DNA of 64,000 nt from assembly GCF_006345805.1 (NCBI RefSeq), contig NC_043007.1, positions 72,540,001-72,604,000 on the forward strand, written 5' to 3'. The notes below the pieces were generated by a model, which ran no database searches, was not told where the DNA came from, and saw only the letters and a program-made list of their open reading frames with translations. Numbering within the stretch: position 1 is the stretch's first letter; each line of letters starts with the position of its first letter. Source of the stretch: Octopus sinensis (Eukaryota). Of the stretch, positions 40,001-48,639 are shown in pieces. A program made the position numbers and the translations under genes.

Positions 40001-43000
40001 TTGACAAACATTTTTGTAAAGTACTTCTACCCAGTACAAAGAAATGGTGCTGTTTAACGGAATATTTAATTTTCTGATAGTTAGTTTTCTCAATGACTTT
40101 GTTTTTACAGGAGCTATACTATTACTACTACTACAACTACTGCTACTGCCATTAGTACTTACTGTGTAATTGAAAGCATCCAATATTGTTAGTTATTTTA
40201 GATGCTGTATTCAAGGCTGTTCTCATTGACAATTGGCACTGTTATCTCTTCTGTAGTCAGACACTTAAAACCATTTAGTATCTTATATATAACATTTCTT
40301 TGTTAAACCTTAAAACTTGCTTGTTCTTTTAATTAGCATGATTCTTAGTTTGGCATTGCTCATGTCTCTTAGTTCATTAAGGCTCATCTAGTTGAGTTGT
40401 TCTTGCTTTATTATTTCTTTCTTTCAACAATTTACTATATTTCTTATTTCAGATATTTCATCTTCTAAAATTAGTTTCAGTTTGTATCCATTTTCTAGCT
40501 CACAGATTTTTGTCACTTAATAATTACAGTTTCTTCAACAAAATGTGTTCATTAAAGGCTTTGTTCATAAAAGTCAATTGTAATAAAACAAATCTTGCTA
40601 AATTTGTTTGGAGTCACAAATTTCCATTGGACATATCTCCAGTTTCTTTAGTGTTAAGTGGGAATCATGAGATTTTGTAGAGCATATTAGCTTCTTTGGC
40701 ATTAATGGTGATAAAACTTTCTCTTGATAGGATTTTGGTCGATTACAGTAATAATTTCCAGGCAGAAGAATTGAACTAAGCATTAGAAACTAATTTCATC
40801 AATTTCAATGTTGCTGCAGCTTAAAATAGTAAACTCTAAGACATTGGTGGATTTAGCCACTAAGAACTAAATATTTTAGATGCAACAGTGTTGCCTATCC
40901 AGTGTCTATTAACTTAGTAATTTATGATGTTAATACTCTTAAAGTTATTACTTGTAAAATAAACTGTTATTTGAAGGGGTGAGAGTGGAATGTAAAGTAA
41001 TTTTTTTTAGTATCCTTGTAACATTTGCATAAGTTACAAACCACAGTATATTTTACTATTGCTTTCTTTATATCAATAGAATGTCTTCAGTTACCATTAC
41101 TGTGATTGTACCCATGGCCAAGATACTGAATTCTAAAAGAATCTCGTTCATCTAAATTAAGTCTTCACCACTAAGCAGAAGAGCACTAAAAGTGAAAAGT
41201 TTCATTAGTTTGCAATATTAAATTCTTCAATGAATGTAGTTTGGGGAATAATGGGTCTTTCTAAATTGATTTCACTGAACTCCATTGCATGTATTATTGG
41301 ACCTACTAGATTTAAGTGGTTTAACTCTTTCATTACTGTATTTATTTTGAGATGCTCTGTGTTTCTTTCTATTATTTTAAATATAACAAAGAATTTAGTA
41401 AAATAACTTAGTTATAATTAAGCTGATGTTAGGAACATAAATTGTGACTAAGGCTTAGTGGAAGATTTTAATTCAAAACTTTTGAAAACGAGACATTTAT
41501 ACTACATAACCAAAGCTGGTTTCAGCCAGGTTGGTAATGAAAGGGTTAAAATATTTCTTCATTCTCAACATAAGTATCAACTGTAATCTGTTTTACTTCA
41601 GATATGAAAATTATGTATCTTTTATTAACTTTTTTTTTTTTGGAGAATGAGTTATTTTTCTTTCTTTTTATTTTTTAATTTTTTATTAATGTCAAAATAC
41701 AGGCACATCTCAAGGAAACAAAACTCATTCAAATAGTGGATTGTTATTTAAGACAAATACTCAGCTGAAATATTATTAACTACACATGATAAAGATAGGA
41801 ATCTTCCACAATTTGTCATAGAACCCAACCTTCACCCTCAAAGCTATAATTGCATTATAATGTTTCTTCAGAGCTACAAAGTACCTCAAGCTTACCTTTT
41901 TGTGAAGCACAAATGTGTCTCACACTTACTATATTACCCACACTTTTGGGTTGGCATGTGTTTATGTGCAAACACACAAACACACCTCTGAAGAAACATT
42001 ATAAAGCAGTATCATATCTTGCTTATATTACCTGTGACTTGAATATATCCTGAACCTGCTTACTCTTCCTCTATCTAAGCCAGTTAATTCATGTTCTTTT
42101 TATCATACATCAACTCCATTAGTACCCCATTTTCTCAAAAAACTTTTTTCAAACATTCTCCTTACCTTGAATTTATATTTCTTTTGAACACCTATGTTAC
42201 CTCTACATTATCACCTTCTAGCATGGAACTATTCAAATAAGATACCATTTACTCTAATTTTTTTTTTAGTTATTTGATCCCTCAGTCTGTGAGTGACAGA
42301 AAAGGTATTGGGCACAGTTCCTTCCTCTTCCAAAATTAAAAAGAGAAATATTGGTAACCTTCTGTTTCTGTCATAGAAGTGTTTGGACTTCATTTTCTGA
42401 AATGCAATTACAAATAGAACATGTTAGGAACCAAAACATTTGAGACATGATAAAGTAAATCTGTTCACCTCATCTTTGTTAAGTCAGTACCATTTGTCTG
42501 GTAATGCTCCTTGACATTTTGACAAAATAATTAAAAGTATCTCAGATGGTGAAAAAAATTTTTATCATATAGGAAAACAATAAATTACTTCTTAGACATG
42601 TTACAGATTCAGTTTAGCTTATGAACAGCTTTTCATGAAATTTTCACATTTGCTGACATGTTAGCCTAATAGATAGCTATGTGTATGTGTTGATGTCAGA
42701 GAGTAGCTGTAATCTTTCAATTAGCCAAATGCCTAACACAAACTTGATTTTCAATTAAGCCAATTCATCTCATCTTTAGCTAATTACTGCTCCTAGTCGA
42801 TAACTGAACATAGGGATTTCTTTACTAGACTGACTTGCACTAGGTATAAGCCAATCCTTTTTATTTAGTTAATTTTGTTTACATTTTAGTCTGAGAACGT
42901 AAGTAGGTATCCATAACCTTTGCAGGCTTTCCCATGCTAATGAGGTTGATGTAGTTGATTTCCAGCTTGAATTTCTGCAGATTGATATCTATAGGGAAAA

Positions 43001-44275
43001 CATGAGAAAACATGTTAGAGCTTCGAAGGATTGCAGTCCTGAGGTAGAAGGATTGAGAAAGTGTTCTATCCAGAATTTTGGAGGTGAGACACAGTAAGCA
43101 TGATGAAAGTACACAGCTTGCTCATTCAGAATGGGATAAACTGCTTGAGTAATGATAGCTGAGACAGATACACTATGTGGATATGTTAGTGAGTAAAGGT
43201 TTACTCATAATTTGTATGGTCTTATATTTTTGATGTGGTCCACCACATTTGGCAGCTGCTCCCCCCAGCTATGTGTGTAGTGCTCAAGTGTGGGGCACAC
43301 AGGTACATTGTTATAGGGCCAGCAGTTAGAGTGAAGTGATTTCTGGCCATTATGAGCTGTCGGGAATCTCATCAATTAGCTTTGGTAGTTCCTCAGTTTC
43401 ATATTTGTGTGCCTTTGCCAATGATATTAAAAGGGCTTGGAAGTTTTCAAAATTTATCCTTAATAGGTTAATGGCCAGAAAAACCTAGCTTATGTTGAAC
43501 TACAACCTTAAATAACCTTAAATTTTCACATTGGTCTTGTACTCATCACTTGGATTATTTTGACTCCTTATGAGAAACCTGGTATGCATGTGCCATCAAG
43601 ACATAAATGTCTCTAAAGTGAAAAGATCTTCTTTGAGCTGGTACTTGTCTTAGTTTAGTGACATTGAACAAATGGGCTAAATCTTTCCTGAGATAAAATG
43701 CTTGTGTATTTGAGGAGCAAGAGATAATCTGGTTTTAAATCTTAGCAATGCCTACACTACCCAATAATACAAACATACTACAAGTTTCAGTGTGGAATCT
43801 CTTGATTTATAGTCCTCTTATTATCCACTCTACCACCGAGTAATCTTAATACACCAACATAAATGGTTTTGATACAATATTGAGATATAAGTAGCTTTCA
43901 TCTAGTGTACTGCATGAGACTGAACTAAGAGTGTTCTGAGACATTTTTAGCAGCAGCAGATAATTTAGACTGGTCTGAAGTTAGAACTAGTTCAGTGCTT
44001 CATTAAAACTCGTGATAAACTGTCAGTGATCACATAAATTATGTAATATACCTGTTGACATTTGCACAAGTTGTAGAAACAAGTAAATTCTCTCTCTCTC
44101 CTTACTTTGGTAGAAACTATTTATAAGCTAGCAGGTTAAATTCTTTTTAATTATTTTGTACAAAGTAAAAAGAGAGTGGTTATAACCTTTGCAAGCTTTT
44201 TCAGACTGGTGATTCTGATGCAATTTGTTGGTGACTATAGTTTGTTGAAGGTCACAGTGTATAATAATGCTTTAT

Positions 44276-44307
<32 letters not shown>

Positions 44308-46928
44308 ATTGGGCTATAATTACAGAGTGCACCATACAGCATATAAATAAAAAAGATTTACTATATCTGTATATTTTTAAACTTGACCAACAAAGTAAGC
44401 AAGGTTTTAAATAAATATTCAAAGCATAAAATAACTTTTCAGCTAAAAGCACCACTGTCAAAGAGAACACTCAAGTCAAGATCATCAATTATTATTTGTA
44501 ACTGTAATAGTAGTAGTGTATTTTACTTTAAGTTTACTTATATCAAAGCTTTCAAATCTAAATCCTTAACTAAAGAATGTCTGGTCATAGACATTTCTGT
44601 TCTAAACAAGCATTGATTTCTGGTTTTGTGAGTAGTTTCCAGTCAGATATTTAGAGCAACTGAAAATTGATATGGTGATACTTTGAATGTTAATATTGTT
44701 ACAGTTTTTGTTAAAATGGTAAACAGGCAGAATTATGAACATCCCAGAGAAAATGCTCAGCGGCATTTCTTCTGGTTCTTCATGTTCTGAATTCAAATAC
44801 TGCTGAGGTTGACGTTGCCTTTCATTATTTTTGGGGTCTATAAAATAAGTACCAGTTCGGCACTGGGGTCAACATAATCAACTTATCTCTCTTCTCAAAA
44901 TTCTGGCCTTGAGCCAAGAATTAGAAAGAACTATTGCTGTTGTTGCTATTATTATTATTATTTTAATTATTATTGAGGCAGTGAGCTGACAGAATTGTTA
45001 GCATGCGGGGCAAAATGCTTAGCGGTATTTCACCTGTCTTCACGTTCTGAGTTCAAATGTCGCCAGGGTCGACTTTGCCTTTCATCCTTTCGGGGTTGAT
45101 AAATTAAGTACCAGTGAAATTCTGGGGTCGATGTAATTGACTAGTCCCCTCCCCCCAAACTTCAGGCCTTGTGCTTATAATAGAAAGGATTATTAGTATT
45201 CTGCAATTAGTTCTGAGTTTTAATATTAAATGTCTTGTGGAAGAGTTTGTAAAAGAAGTTCACAGTAGTCTTTGCTAGTATTTAAACTGAGAATGGTGAA
45301 TAAAGAAAAGTTGTTAAAATATATAGAAAGTTTTTTTTTTTTGTATGGCTGTATTTTGAACAATAATAAAAGAGTGGGTTGTTATCATTTTTATGTGGAA
45401 ATAGTAAATCTTTTCGAAAGCTGTTCCATGTTATTGTCACTATTTCTGCGATGGCAGTTTTGTTCTCAGTAACTAGCCTGCCTTATATTGCCAATAACTA
45501 GTCTACCTTATGTTCTCTCCTAGGACATTACTAGAGTCTGTAAACGAGGAACTGATGCACAGGTAGGACTGGAAGATTTATATTTTTCATTCAAACAATA
45601 ATTCTTCAAGCTTTTATATAAAGAACATTGTCTTTCATATCTTTTTTCTTCAAGTTTTATTTTTTAGTTCTTGTCTGTTACCAAACAAACTTTTTTTAAA
45701 AATTTTCTGTCCTAATTGATTAGTGTTTTCTTTATATTTCTAGTTTTATTTTTTTTTTAAAGATATCTTAATTATTTATTCATATCTTCCATTAAAAAAA
45801 CAAACAAAAGAAAATATTTCTACTTTTTGGATTTAATCAATAATTTTTAAACTTGTAAAAAATTGGGAAAACTCCTCAAATGTATTATTATTAAGATATT
45901 TAGTGTTAATATTATCTACAAAAAATTTGATTCAAAACTTTCAACTATTTTTATAAAATATATTCTATATTTTTTATTTTTGGAATATTGCATCTCAAAC
46001 ACCAACATTCCTTAAACTTAAAATTATAGAACTTTTACCTTTAAAATAGTTCTTGGAATAAAATAGTTCTCTATATCGTGCTATCTAAGCATATTTGACC
46101 ATTTCATTAAAATAACTGGTCTTTTAAAGTCATGAATATTAAAATATTTTCCTGATAATAAGACACTAAATAACAGTATCGTTCCAGATCTTTATGATTT
46201 GATGCTGTATTTAGGCTTTCCTGATATCTTTACTTTAGTCAGCATTATTTTATCATCAACAAATTAATACTTGTAGATAACGTTTTTAAAAAAAAGGCCA
46301 TTTGAAAACATTTTATGACCAAATACTTACATTCAAATATCTTCAAGTGAAGGACAAACTTGAAGCTTTCAGAAGAAAGTGCAGAGATAAAATTTGTTGA
46401 CAATTCTGAATACTTTTTAAAAGTAAATCTATATAAGATAGGGCTAACAATGTATTTGCCAAACAGTCTACTCTAGATGCTATCAGTAGCCTAGATGTAA
46501 AAAAAGGGAGAGGAATTGCTCCTGCTGTTTAGGTAATTTGGTCATTTCAGTTATTTACAGTTGTAACTTATTTTTATCTAGATTCAGTCTAAAGATATAA
46601 TACCCAATTTAGTATAAAATGGTGGTGGGGTGTAGAATTTATCTGTGTTAGTCAGATTCACTATTTAAATTTTAATGACATATTTTCAAGATTAATTACA
46701 TATTTTTCTGACAGTAGTTTATCCTTCAACAAAAATGTTTTCATATCAGGTAAGTTTATTGATGGCAAATTGCAGTCCTAGCTGTAGACTTCTTAACGAA
46801 ATATGTCAAGAATTACTGTATCGCTTCAGATATGGATATTAAGTAATCTCTAACTTTTGTGGAGAAAATGTTTTTATGGTGTAGGTCAATATTTAGTATT
46901 TATCTTGACATATATAGACCTACATAGG

Positions 46929-46973
<45 letters not shown>

Positions 46974-48593
46974 CTAGTACCCTTTTTGGTTGCCTGTTTT
47001 AGGCAACAGATGACATCAAATTATTTGAAGAAGCTGCTGAGCTCTCATCCAAAATGATAATGTCCATCGACACTTAATAACTGTCTTAAAATCTGTCTTC
47101 TTTGGTTGTGGTGTTTATTTTTTACTCTAGCACTTTATCTTCTCATCCTCTGAAACTGCAATTAAGATATCAGTGAAGTCTTTTGCTATCATTATGCTAA
47201 TAATTAAAAAGAGTAATGCTAAAACAATTCTATAATTTTTCTGTCTTGAATGATGGGAACGATTTAAACATCACAGCCTTTTTAAAAAATACCTTCTATT
47301 AACCACTTTATATCATTATTATACTATGAATCTATTACTTCTTACATCTCTACTATTTTAAAAATATTTTCCAAATAAATATATACATTAGTTCTTTCAA
47401 CCTCTTCATGATGCATCATGGCCCTCATCAAGTTCTTGTATAACATTTCAGTTTTCCAAGACAGCTCTTTCGAAAGTTCTGTTGTTCTCCCTATATTTCT
47501 AACTATTGACTAAAGCAAAAATTATGTCTCCTTTCTATTTGAACTCCTCTTTTTCTCCTGTAGTTTAGACTAAAATAACCATTATCCAATAATACTTACT
47601 AGTTTCACTGAGGTATTTATTAGAATCACTGGATGTTTGTTGTCTTTGCTGGTCTGTTAGTCTTATTAACAATCTGACGTTAGTTTACTGACTTCAGTTT
47701 ACCAACTTGTATGATGATAAACTGACAGTACCCGTATATACATACCATGACTTTACCCTGGTGGCTCATTGAAAGGAGTATCCAGCCATGTGACAGCCAA
47801 AAGTACATGAGTTTTTTTAGCCATGTTGGGGGAATTTGCAAATTTTACTAAATTAGTAAAATGTAGTTAATAAAGTTTTTGAATTTGGTTTGCAAGATTC
47901 TTGATATGAATTCATGCATTGAAACAAATCTAGTACCAAATTGCTTAATTCTTATGTAAGAATCTTGGACATATTCTATTTTCTAGCATTGTTGTTTGTG
48001 TTCATTATTGCATTAATATGCAATAAGGTTGCATGTCTAAACTCTACCGCACACCTCTGACTTCCAAGACACAACCATGACACTCAAATATCTATTTCCC
48101 CATCAATATTATTAGGACTACTTTGCTCATTTCTTCTAGTCTCCAGGGAAAGAAATATATTTTAAAGGAAGATAGATTTCATCAAAATTTTCAATCAATC
48201 CGCTAGTTAGTTGTTGCTTTCTGACCCCAAATTGGCTCTCACTGAGTAGACTTGTCATCAAAACCATTCCCGCTGTCACTGTCCCAACCATTTTTTCCTA
48301 AGCATACTATACCTCTGGTACACTATCCAGTGCGTCCATCTATGTATTTAAGACATTTGGGTTGAAGGAGATTTTGTTGCTATCTCTAGTAAGTCAAGCT
48401 ACCAAGTAGAGGTTCCATTTTTGAGTCTACTTTATAGGCCAGTTAGAACAAGATGTAAGATACATTTCTAGACACCTGTTTTATGCATTTGTTTCCTAAA
48501 TTTCCATGACATTTCTTTCAAACATCTTGTTAAATTTCTAGAGTTTTTCTCCATTCACTTTTTGCCTGTTCCCCTTGTTTTGCTCTCTTATTA

Positions 48594-48639
<46 letters not shown>

